Part shown: piece by piece, positions 30,000 to 42,129 of the stretch
How positions within the stretch are numbered: position 1 is the stretch's first letter
Layout of the letters: each line of letters begins with the position of its first letter
From: Tubulanus polymorphus
Lineage: Eukaryota; Animalia; Nemertea
Assembly (NCBI RefSeq): GCF_964204645.1
Contig: NC_134026.1
Coordinates: 5,169,950 to 5,233,949, forward strand
DNA: 64,000 nt
Reading direction: 5' to 3'
Position numbers and translations under genes: made by a program
Notes under the pieces: generated by a model
Told to the model about the DNA's origin: nothing
The model's database searches: none
Seen by the model: only the letters and a program-made list of their open reading frames with translations

Positions 30000-30422
30000 G
30001 TCGAGGGTTCGAGCCTTAATTACGACGAGCGTACGAGCTAAACGATATACATATTGTCTCGAGCGACCTCAGCTCTATAACTGCCGTCACCGTCAACGCG
30101 CGGCGCGACTCATTCGCAAATATAATACACCGCGAAATAAACTCGCTATTCTCTTTACGCTTATTGGTTGCTCCCTTTCATTATAATGTATATATCGTGT
30201 ATGTTGTTTCCATTTAGAAAAATATATTTTCTGTTTGAAAAAGCGTTAAGGTTAAACACATTGAAAATGCTGAATATGAGCTGAACGGCAATTGTTAGTA
30301 CATATTTATGTATGATTTCTAAACTATGTCATGCGAAATATTCCCTCTTGCAAAATAATCAGCCCGTCATGTTTGTTATTATTTACACAGGTTAGATCGT
30401 CGACAGTGTGGAGGGATCGTAA

Positions 30423-31775
30423 ATGGATAAGGACGATTTGAGAGTGTTTCTTTACGTTCCAAACATAATAGGTAAAGGTGATGTAAATGACACGAATACA
30501 TAACACATGTACTTCTGCATTTTAGTGGATATTCATAATTAAAGCATCGTAGATTTTGTAATTCCTTGTAGCACGTGATGCCGCGATAACGTAGACCATT
30601 TAGTTTTACTTTCATCCTCCAGGTGGCGCATTTTGACATATGAATGATTTTTCTTATTTACAGACTATGTAAGAATTAGTTTGCTGATAGTCGCATATTT
30701 CACCTTTACCTGGCCTTCGGTATTTCTATTTTTCTACACTATTTCGTGTGTTTTGGATTGTAAGTGTGAAATGCTGTTTTTAGAAGATCTTTCCCGAAGA
30801 ATTGATTAGCGTAGATTACGTAGGATACATTAAAAAACATTTTCCTTTCAGTTTTTGATGGTTATGCAGCCAGAAAATTAAATCAGATATCTGCTTTTGG
30901 GACATGGGTAATATAAAAGATGTTGTATTTATTAATTTCATGCACGTGTTTGATTACTATTTTGTTACATCGACCAACGAAATCTTTTTCATATATTTTC
31001 AAGCTCGATGTTGCCGTGGATATTCTTGGGCGGTCTATGGTATGGTGTCAAACGTATCAGGTATAGATGTACATACGTGTATATGTCCAGACTTTTTAAA
31101 ATCTATCTTGGTTGAATATGAATTCTAAACTGATATAAAATCATACTATTCGATCATTTCAGTGGGGCTGGCTGATAGTCTCAGTTGAATGGCTGGCGTT
31201 TGTATGTTTTCATACCCAAGGAATGGGATGGAAAAACGTCCCCGAAGCACCTGCGATTGTTAAGGCTGTAATGCGAAATGGTACTAAAATAACAAAATAA
31301 TTTTTAGAAATTTACATTTGAAACAACTTAGGAACTACTTCCGACGAGTAGGCTAAATATATTCTTTATATTTTCTTTCAGGTTTCAAAACAATTTGGGG
31401 ATTGTTTGCTATTGGGAGCTTGGATTGTTTGCCAGTTTGCATGTATATTTTCTCGAATGGATGGTTGACAGCACACGGTGTCCCTTACTTCTTGCAGTAT
31501 TTCTGTATCGGAGTGCTGAGTGCTGGTAGAGCACTGTGTATGGTGTGTGAGGTGGGTACACAGCCTAAATACCCTGGTCACGTTCCCAGACCCGGTTCCT
31601 CAGTTTTCGGCCGGATTTGACCACGGGCTCTAAAACGAATCGCTTGATGTCTACGATCTGATTCTTAATTCAAAATATTGATAACGAATTCATCTTTTTT
31701 TCATTTCAGGTTTGGGTGATATGGTCGCATGTTTTGTTGCTGGTCAGACAAACCTCTAAGTCGCCAATAGAATAA
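30423..31775 (+). CDS. CDP-alcohol phosphatidyltransferase family protein (PI synthase/CDIPT-like paralogue), ~203 aa
   Basis: Exons 30423-30471, 30664-30759, 30852-30907, 31004-31060, 31163-31280, 31382-31551 and 31710-31775 splice in frame. They give VFLYVPNIIDYVRI and the signature D-FF-DG-YA-AR-KLNQISAF-G-TWL-D-VAV-D (DxxDGxxAR-x8-GxxxDxxxD), plus several hydrophobic helices. Confidence 0.88.
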
Positions 31776-32016
31776 ACGATATCTTTTACAAATTGTGTGT
31801 GATGCTATGCAAAATATATTCATAAACTGTTTACATTTTTCAATGCTCAAGTTGTTGTTTCAGTTTGTGAACAAAATGCATCAGGATATATATCGTCATT
31901 TATAATATGACCAAAAACGATTATCAAACCACATTCGTAATTTTTCAATAAATGTTTAACGAAGGTCTTGGATTGATAATGTTATAATCGACCTCCTACT
32001 TCGATTCAACTTGTCG

Positions 32017-33416
32017 TTAGTCATCTTCTTCTAACTCGGCTATTTCTTTTTCATAGTATTCAAGTTGCTTCGCCTTATCAACTTTAACCACAAAACCACA
32101 CGCGCTCATCTGCATTTCTCGCTTTTTCCCTGGATCTCTACCTGAAAAACTCATTGAACCACGACGCATTATAGGCATGATGAATATTCATATCGATTCT
32201 TCACCATCTGAATTTTCCGGCGAAATCATGCTAATGTCATTTCTGTAGTGTATTCTTCTTACATTGAGATAAACATATCATTTCAGGACTTTTAAAATGC
32301 TTTTAGCTTCGCTTGAAAATGTGGAACGTTTAAATCGACAATTATTGCGAAGAATTCTTAGAGACAGTAAATAGAGTAATATAATCGGTGCCTCAGTATA
32401 CCATAAGATCGTACCGCTAAGCTCATCCAATTCGGAATCGAATCGAACTCGTAAAATCAAGAAGCGAGGCAGCACATTGATCGCCTGCTCTAAGAGTATG
32501 AAAAAACCGCTAACGTTGATATTTGTGACAGGACTCGCGGTGTAATGACATTCGTTTCACAATTATTACCTGCGACGATATACTTGGATCCAACCACTAA
32601 ATTCAAATTGCAGCCCACTAAGTTGTGTCCTTGGCCGGCGTCTGCGAGCGTTATTTCATCGCCATTCGATATATCACTCTAACGCGGAAACAAAAATCAA
32701 ACACCTCGGGATTCAGTATAGGTGATCAAATATGTAAGAATAATATCCTAGATGAACGAATTTGTTACCGATGTGTTGGCAATGGTTAATGTTGTTTCAT
32801 CATTCATCAATTACCTTTTGTTTATAGATTTTAGTAATTTTTGCGGTGTAGTCGTAACCATAAACGCGTTTGCGAGAATTTCCTTGTGCCGACGGCACAT
32901 GTCTTTCAGTTATTTCAGCAAGAAAAACTATAGAAACATTACTAAAAAACATTATATATAATTCAAGAAAATTATTTAGGGACAACAACTAAAATCTATT
33001 TTGATAATCAATAGAAGCAAAAATACATAAAGAATATACATATACATCTTTACATGTATTTTTGATAGTAGTTTTTTAATAGATTTAATTCAAATTTCAA
33101 GCTAACAAAAATGATACCTCGTTTCTCCTAATCGGCCTGGTCATTTTTGTAAAATTCACTAAAGTTTGTAATCATTGTAATCAGTTCATCTCTCTACCGG
33201 GTAAAAAAAGTAATGTACTAGGTAGATAGGCTGCCGTCGGGTCAACTTTAAGCTAAGCAGAAATGAGAAACAAGGTATCAATTATCAATTTTTTAGCCTT
33301 ATGCACCTACCAATTTTTGAGCGTTTCAAGGTAAGCTTAGTGTCACTGGGTGGACAGGAACAGGCGTTTATCAACGCAGGAATAGTAACTACTATAAACC
33401 ATATGAGGCAATTCAT
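32017..33416 (-). CDS. Single-domain TIMP/NTR-fold secreted protein (~150 aa)
   Basis: Exons 33416-33311, 32927-32815, 32678-32570 and 32141-32017. Signal peptide MNCLIWFIVVTIPALINA, then mature CSCPPS...VFLAEI...YTAKITKIYK...GCNLNLVVGSKYIVAG...SACGFVV...; this is the TIMP N-domain pattern. Confidence 0.82.
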
Positions 33417-34985
33417 CTTGTCAAGATCCGAATTTGCCTACAGATAAGAAAAACGTGTAATTTTCGACTAATTTGGATTTTACGGAGGTCAAAACATTTG
33501 TTTTTTTTTTTACACTAGAAAACTTACACTTTTTCACAGAAAGTTTTTTTCTAAACTGCGAGTGTATTTTCGCTAAAAATTGATAGCGCACTGCTTTTAT
33601 CCTGAAAAGCAGGCTAGCGTAGATCCGTTGTCAATGCAATTGTAAAAAAAAGATCTCGCTATTTCTGTTTGAATGTCGGATTGATAATTTAAAACTATTT
33701 CTGTTATGAGTTGGACGCCGTATCGACGAATATATTTTGCAAAAAAGTCTGACTCTTACCCGTTTGTGCGTTCTTCCTTCTTTGAATTTCAGTTTGAAAT
33801 GAAAGAAATGGTATTCGTTCAGAAGTCACGTTTTCCTCTCTTATTAACTCAGCTGTTACTATAGAACCGTACGAACAACACTCCTGCCATAAAAAAGTTT
33901 GTATGCTCAGAAGCATTATTTTTTCTTCAATGTTTGATTTTGATAGCGCGAGCGTAGGTTATTAAATTCCAGATGGAAATCAATTTCATGCTACCTACTC
34001 TTATTTTCGTTTTTTCTTCTCGAAATGGTAGTTGTCAATCAATGAGTATTCTACGTTCGAACGAACGCCAATCACGAATAGCTTCCATCGACTGATATTC
34101 TCGATATGAAAGCCGTTTATTCAAATTCAGTGAGAAGTTCACGATTTGAAAACCGAATTGTCCTCCATTCAATTAGAAAAATTATATTAATATTAAGTAA
34201 ACATTCAACAACTGTCATTCCTAACAGAAAATCGATGTCAATAATCGGTTGATCCAAAACGCCTGACTCTACAATCGACCTTCGGTAAACAATAAGAGGG
34301 TATCGTTGATACGTATGATTCACTGGACGGGCTAAAATAATTAGAATATCACTCAAAAACGAACAAAAAGGACAAATCTACAATAAAAATTCAATTTTTT
34401 TATTCACGTCTACATAGTAGACAAACAGTGGAAGACATTTCGAATTCGATGTAATTTTCAGGCAATTAATTTTCTACTTAAATTTTCTTAAAATTTGTTA
34501 ACAAAATAGATTCAATTTCATTTCATTCACATTATTAAAGCATCGATTAATGGTTATAAAGAAACAGACTGCACTACCGAGTCGGTTAACGATTAAAGAG
34601 AAGCTATGTACATCCAGTACCGAGATTAACACATGATGCAAATGCGACAAAGATAAAATATCAACAATGATAGAGTAATAGTAAACAGTTTTTGAACACA
34701 ACTGGCAAAATAAAATAATATTCATCACATACGAGTAAAGGCATCTGAAAGGAACAAGGTGGGGGTGGTTGAAGAATTGACAAAATTGATCTTTAAGTTG
34801 TGTCTCCAGTTAGATTTGATTTATAAGACATGCTAACACTAAATCGAATTCATGTCAATGACATCATTTTCAATGACTGGTAATTGAAACTATGATTTTG
34901 ATAAACTGGGCAGTGTAAATAATATATTAAAAGCATTATAAGTCGGGTATTTCCTGTACAATGTGACAGGTAAAACAGTTTGACA

Positions 34986-37900
34986 TCAGTCATGATAAGG
35001 AGACACTTCAACATAGTGATCTTCATCCAGTGCACAGTTAAGAGCATCGTGCTCTAGATATTCATCAGAATCTTCCAATGACGAACTTATTTGTTGGACT
35101 TTTTCGACTGGTTTTGTCGATGGTTTATCGGCAAAGCTCAATGTGTCCTTGTTGAATTTCAAAACCATCGTACCTAGGCTTCCATCGAATCTGTTCTTGG
35201 CAATCTAACACATATAACAAGTGGAGCATTAGCAAAGATTATCAAGTGTAAATTCTCGGTAGAAGGAGGTGTTCATTAATGTAGATTGTTTACCTGGACA
35301 AATTTCTTGCTGCCACGTACGCCACTGATGGTTGGATCTTGCAGAATGAGCACATTATCAGCCTCCTGAGTGGCTTTAGCACTTCCAAATATAGAAGCTT
35401 TTGTCAGCAGTGTATCTTCATTCTCCTACGAAGTGTCAAATTACAAGTCAATAATCGGAGATCAGGAAGCAAGCATCGCTGGGGCTGGTTTTACAGACCA
35501 ATATCTATCCTCAATTCATTAACTCAACTCATTAACTCAATTCATTAACTCAATTCATTTTCAAATGAGCGAGTTAACCTCAATAAGATGCTACTATTTT
35601 TATAAAGGTGAGCCCTAATCAATGAAGCAAATTATAGCATTTCGACTTCAAGAACCATCCTTCAACGGAATACAAACCTTTCTAGGGTGGATCACAAGGG
35701 TCACATGGCAGTTTCTGTGCGTTGCAAATTTGCGGAAAGCGGCGACGATTTGATCTTGTTTATGAAATCGATCGGCCGAAGCACTGTTCAAGTCTGTTCC
35801 CATCATAAATTGTAGATTATCGACAACTATATGAGCGATATCATGCACATATACAGCATGAGACATTGTCTGTTTGAAATCAGAAATAAGTACTCGTACA
35901 CATCATTCTTAAGCTACACCTAAACAGAAAATTAAAACATGCTTTTACCAGTACTCACTTCTACGACTTTATAGATACTTTCTTGTCCATGAAATGTCAT
36001 GAAAAACATCGGCAGTTGCTCGAACATGTTGGCCCACTTTGGAAATTCATGTATCTCTTTCGTAAGATTTTTCCTGTGAAAATGATGCAGCAGATAATGT
36101 GATGTGATATATATTCGGGTATGTGAAAGCCAACATATGATCTTGTAGTTCAGAAACTTACAACGCAAATTGCTGAATCATCATTTTTGCTAGACGTACA
36201 TTGTGGATTTCAAAGCTTCCCCAAAGCGTGTTCACCTGAAAGTGAAACAAATTCGTAAGAGTAACATAACAATAACATAAAGCATTCAGTGAGGGTTAAA
36301 AGTCATAACTGTAATTTGGGAAGTTTTTATTTACTGAATACAATGATTTATATTTTTACATACCCCTTGCATGCACAAGTCTAACGAATAATCACTAATC
36401 CAGGTAGTTTTTCCAGCACCGGTCGGTCCCGTAAATACTGTCAATTCACCTCTTCGATGACCTTTCATGATATCATTCAATTTAGTGTAACGCTTCCACT
36501 GAAATTATAGACAGATTTGTTTTTCTTTTCCCTCAAAAAAAAAATGATACAGATTCAGTTGCAGTATAGCCTAATACGAATTTACTTTGATTCCGGCGAC
36601 TTGTTCTTTATGGGTCAGTTCAGCGAACACATCATCTCTGAGAGATTGGAATGACGTGATAGCTTGGTTTATCACAGGTTGTGCCGTCGCTAATATCTGC
36701 GAGATATTTCTTCGATTGTGAAATGCACTCAGTGGGTTTGGGTGATCTTCTACTGGCCTGCAACAAAAAATCTTTATACGTAACATCGAGTTGAAGTATG
36801 CAAAATACAGATTAAAGGTGTCAAGCCTTACCGAACCAGAAAACAACGCTTTTCATTCAGCTTCTTACAAAACAATCGAGCAGATTCCCAACTTTTCAGA
36901 TCGTTACCAAACCAAATGATGATCTTGTTAAAATGTTCAAGCAATGGTAAAACCTACGGTTTGAAATATTAAACTGTGGTTATTTCAAATTCGTAAAAGG
37001 CAAAGAGAATTTAAGCTGATATGTGACATACCTCCTGCGGTAAAGTAGAACATCCCTTTGGTAGAGATAATGCTTGCATTTTGCCCTCCTGTTGCACAAC
37101 CAAAGCATCGAATTCATTGCTGGTTAGCACAACTTCTTTATTCTGAGGTAAAATTGTATTCCAGCCAAAAAGTCCATGATAATTTAGCCTATAAGTATAT
37201 GGTAATTATCAGCTATTAACAAAAGCTAGAGTGAAATTCATGTACACGTGATATATTTATATGATGTATCAGTAATCATAGGCATCCCCAAGGGGGTGCG
37301 GGGGTAGCGGACGCATCCCCTTTTCGAGATAGCTAACTTCTCAAGTTACTATGTAATCAATTTTTCTTGGCCAATTTGACTAGTCTTTTAACTCTAAATG
37401 ATTCATTTAGAGCCTGGAAAACGTCTCTAAAGCCTCCAATTTTCAAAAAGTTTTTGGGGGAGGCCCACCAAACATCCAACATTGTGCACGGATACTGGAT
37501 TGATGCATATTCGAACCCCCTATGAAAATTCCTGGGGACGCCTATGGGAGCTGCACTCAAGGCCGATATTTCTCTGATTTTAGCAGAGTCTACTGGCGCT
37601 GTTCATACCTAGGAATGGTTTCCTCATGAATAGATGATTTGTTGTCCGCGTCAACAGTCAGCGTTAGGATTTTCAGACCTCGTAAACTATAGTCAACGTG
37701 GAACCAGGGCAATAGCAATGATTCCGTAGATCTAGAATATCTCAACATAAATCTGTCGAGTGTTTTCGTTAGAATTCCCTGAAAAATTATGACAGAAATT
37801 GGTTCGATTTTCAGCAAGATATTACTTTAACACAAGATGATCAAATATTGCACGAAAGTCTGTGTAAGCAATGAGAAATCAAAGCTGATTTAAACCATGA

Positions 37901-38982
37901 TACAGCTTCACAGTTGTGGGTAAGCATTCAAATCATTTTCCCACATAACTCATGAATGAGCTGGGACCAGTATTTGAAATAAGTTCTGGGGCCGGTTTTG
38001 TAGAATGGTATTACATTTAACCTAGGGGCTAACTCAATTCATTCGGGCTGTGCTGATTAACTTACATTCAATGAAAATTTCTGCATGATATCTCCCTTTT
38101 CATTGTAAGTCAATTTACTAAATTCTTCTGCCTTGTTCCATAACATGTCAACTCGGCGTTTATCAGATGGCGATATGGGTTCTAAATGTTCAAAGCAAAC
38201 CATATGCTTTTTTCTGCTAAAAATAAGATATCATTTGATTGGAAGAACATTCTAACAGATTCTTTTTTCTAAATGTCAGTTCAACTTACTTTTTCATAAA
38301 TTCATTCGAAAGATGTCGATTAATGTTTTCCTGAAGACTTTTCCAGTTGCCTGTTTTCTTACAACTTAGACAAACAAAGCATCCTACATGAAGAGGGAAT
38401 TTGACATATCTATATATTAATGCATGAACTGCAAATTTTGCTTTCTGAAGTTGCAATCTGTTACTTCGCAATATAAACAAATGTATTTCCATTTTACTGT
38501 TATCGTAATGTTTCTTTTTGAACGTGATTCTCTGAACCAGGCTACAGTGAACTGAACCAAGGTAAATGGGAATTTTTATTACCTGTTGTTGAATTGATGA
38601 AAAGTTTCTGTTTTTCTTGCGACTGCATTCTAGCCGTCTCAAAGCGTGGACACGTTGTACTGAAACTTGTATAGCCTTCGGTAAAATGGATGTCTTTCTT
38701 TTCTAAATAGTTTTTGACCTCGTCCGTTACTGGGTTCAAACTCATATTGATCTCGTTTGAGCTGTAATGCTGAGCTATCGCCATGCCTGGAAAACTCATT
38801 CTATCCGGACGCGATGAAACACCACGATTCAATTTGTTTCTTACACCACTACTACTATCCGATTTCATTGAAAAGGTCCTACCGCATTGCGATATCGATC
38901 TGACGTCAGAAAATTCATTCTCAACTCTGCCAGAAATTAGTCGCGAAAAGATTCCAGGATTGTTGAATATTCTCTTTGCCAT
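34986..38982 (-). CDS. TWNK: Twinkle mitochondrial DNA helicase, multi-exon
   Basis: Presequence plus zinc-finger-like N-terminus (exon 38982-38583, LFINSTTG); [18 protein letters not shown] (Walker A), [49 protein letters not shown]. Confidence 0.95.
35517..35558. repeat. 13-bp tandem repeat x3
   Basis: CATTAACTCAACT CATTAACTCAATT CATTAACTCAATT in a TWNK intron. Confidence 0.8.
37277..37546. mobile_element. MITE in TWNK intron
   Basis: 16-bp TIRs CATAGGCATCCCCAAG vs reverse complement CATAGGCGTCCCCAGG (2 mismatches). Confidence 0.65.
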
Positions 38983-39335
38983 CGTGATCGATCAGGAGAA
39001 GCTCCTACAGATAACAAATAGGCAGCAATTGATATTAATTGATTGAACGTATTAAAGACAGACTAAAGTAATCGATAGAAAAATTAAGATTCTGTAAAAA
39101 CCACACGTTGTCAGCTATCAATTTTTATTACCTGCAACGGAAAAGTTGTTTCTTTTCAATTCATTATATGGCAATTTGGTATGGTGCCAATTAATGGGAT
39201 TGAAAACACTTTGAAGAAGGTATATTTCAATTTTCAGCGCACATGAATCCATGAACGACAGTGTGGAGCCAACAGATGGCAGCACGAGCTGGTGTACTGT
39301 AGTGAGTTTGACAACTGGGAAAAAACACAGAAACA

Positions 39336-40014
39336 ATGTCTTCTTCAAAAGCTGCTCAAGCAGTAAATGCCATGAAACGGGTGATGTCTTTTCTAAATGA
39401 AAAGAATACGTTCGACAAGGTTATGCAGAAAGTAAGTTTTTGCTATCTACGATTAAGTTTGATGCCACAGAAACAGTTTGATGCCACGAAACATGGGTCC
39501 TTTGGCTTTGGCTTCACCTTGTCCTTTAGGATGTAATACCTACGAAAGTAATAACTTGTTTCTTTTTTGACATATCTAAGGTACAAATTACTTCTGGAGA
39601 TGTTGGACACTGCATCTGTGAGCTGAAAGTTGAGGAAGAGCACACAAACCGTGTTGGTTTCTTGCACGGAGGTCTCACAGCAACTCTCGTAGACTCTGTA
39701 TCAACTGTTGCCCTAATGTCGACTGAGCAGGGTAACCCCGGAGTCAGTGTTGACATGAACATCACGTAAGTTTGAAATAAGTACACTATACCACTGCTAG
39801 TTGTTCTAAGATCTTTGCAGCGAGCTGATTGCAAGAACTTCTTTTCATTTTCAGCTATATGAAAGCAGTGCCCCTCGGACAAGAAATAATCATCGACGCC
39901 AAGACGCTCAAAGTTGGTCGAAGTACGGCCTTCCTCACGGTGGACATTAAAAACAAATCAGACGGAAGTCTAGTCGCTCAGGGAAGACATACGAAACATT
40001 TACTAGGAAAGTAA
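39336..40014 (+). CDS. ACOT13: Acyl-CoA thioesterase 13 (hotdog fold)
   Basis: Exons 39336-39431, 39581-39765 and 39855-40014; motifs EEHTNRVGFLHGGLTATLVDSVST, PGVSVDMNITY, GRSTAFLTVDI, LVAQGRHTK. Confidence 0.92.
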
Positions 40015-42129
40015 CATCGAAGAAACCGTTAAACAATTAGAGCTTGATAAAATTTCTACTTGTCACTTTGATAAGAAACAATTGGAAGTTTAATACTATG
40101 CAGCTCTTTTTCTAGAAATATATTTATACTATAGACAAGCTTTTTAGTTTTAGCTTTTTATAGACAATTCTGTGTCTTCTCTACTGAATGTTCATGGAAA
40201 CAAATGTAACCTCTACTACAGTGGAACACGACGGTCGAGGGTCCAGTTTAACAAAGCTGACTAATACTTAAGGATAACTGTGAAATGAGACAGAGCTGTC
40301 ATATCAACTAATCATGTTCCACGCAGCTTCTGAGGATCAATCGTCGTGTAGCTAGATAAATGAACCGAGGAAAAAATGAACCAAAGGACCACCAAAACTG
40401 AAGGCTTAGGAACAAATGAATAAATAATTTTTCATAATATAAAAATCATTTATTATGGATAAAACATAATCACCTGAAAAGGTGCACACATGCCAATGAT
40501 ACAGATACAGACTGCTGGTATCCCAAAATCTAAAAATGTCTGTTGATTAGAGTTACATTAAATATATTCCACCATTTATACAGAAAAAAACCAGATTTCT
40601 TATTCACTTTTTTTCCTAACGAGACTTTAATCTTAATCATTATCAGATATGACGCACCAGTAAAACCAAAATGATAAAAAACAGATTTTTTCTAAGGCGC
40701 ATTCAGTCTAATGGAAATAATAGATTATCGAGCATCTTCCATACGATGGCTACTCAACTTGGACGAAATACGGATAAGCCTTATAAATATAGATGGTGAT
40801 ACATAATATGATATATATGTATAAATAATTATATCGATAATAATAAATATAAAAGCTATACATTACAGTTCATAGACCTATATAATACATTCATAATTCG
40901 TATATTAATTCTACAGCATTTAGCCTTTCGGCTACGCTAAAAATGTTTTATAAAAATCAAAATAATCATTGTTTTCATATATTTATATTCATATATACAG
41001 TTGCATTAAAATCAGTATATATTTAGTAGTGTAACCCCAGTATTGTACATTTGATATGTTTCTAATTGGCGGTTTCATTCATTCTTAAAAAAGAACGCAA
41101 GAGTTAAACGTATATTCATTACTTGAACATGGACGAAAATCATTGTGTGTATGATACAACGCGAGTACATAATAAAACTATACGTATCAATATGAAGTGG
41201 TGTAGATATACAATGATCGAACGCACTAGAAAAACTGTACACACTACCAGGAGCTACATGGACGAATATTAAATCAAGGAATGTTGTTCTAAATACATAT
41301 CGGACATAGCAAATAATAAGACAAAAGCTACACAGTTCTGGATCCAGCTCTGACCTGATTGGCACCAGAGTTAGGAGCGAAAAAGTACAGACCCGAAAAT
41401 CATAAAACTTTATTTAAACATGGACTGAACTTTTTTTACTTATGGGTACTAATTTAAAATCATTTCTATTTTCTAAAACTTTTACTGATAGCAACATCTA
41501 TCATGTGACTTACTGAAGGCTGAACGAAAAAGGCAGGGTTCTATATTTTTAACAAAAAATATGTGTAAGGGCTTAGAATTTCTTGGAATTTTGACAAAAT
41601 TTTGTGATCCAAATTGGTACATTATAGGTAAAAGTGAAAACATATAACAAAATCTTTTTCATGGAGTAAAACAAAGTTCTGTCAATACATACACAAAATA
41701 TAAATAGCAAATACCTGAAAACAACTCCTGGACGAAAGAATGAAGAGAACAAACACTGGACGACCTATCGATTGTTATTACGAAGAAAAAAATATTCTGG
41801 AATGTGATCATCAAAATACTGACTGAACTAACCTCTAAACACTGAATGAGTTATCCAAGACTTAGTGAGCATTGGCAGTTTAAGACAGCATGCCTAACTA
41901 ACATGGTTACATTTTGAACGTCAGTCAGCATGGCACAAATAAATAGACAAACTGTATGTATTTATCACAGATTGCTGTATACATGCCGCACACTAAAATT
42001 CATCCATTGAATAGCGAACATGGTAGAAAAATAGTTTGTATTTCGCATTATTTTTGCTATGTATGACGAAGATTTATAATTGTAACTGATAGATGGGAGT
42101 ACATATCTACAAACTGCAGGGTAGTAACG

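Noticed and set aside
30640-31775. First impression of a TMEM254-like membrane protein
   Set aside because: The spliced product has the full CDP-alcohol phosphotransferase signature.
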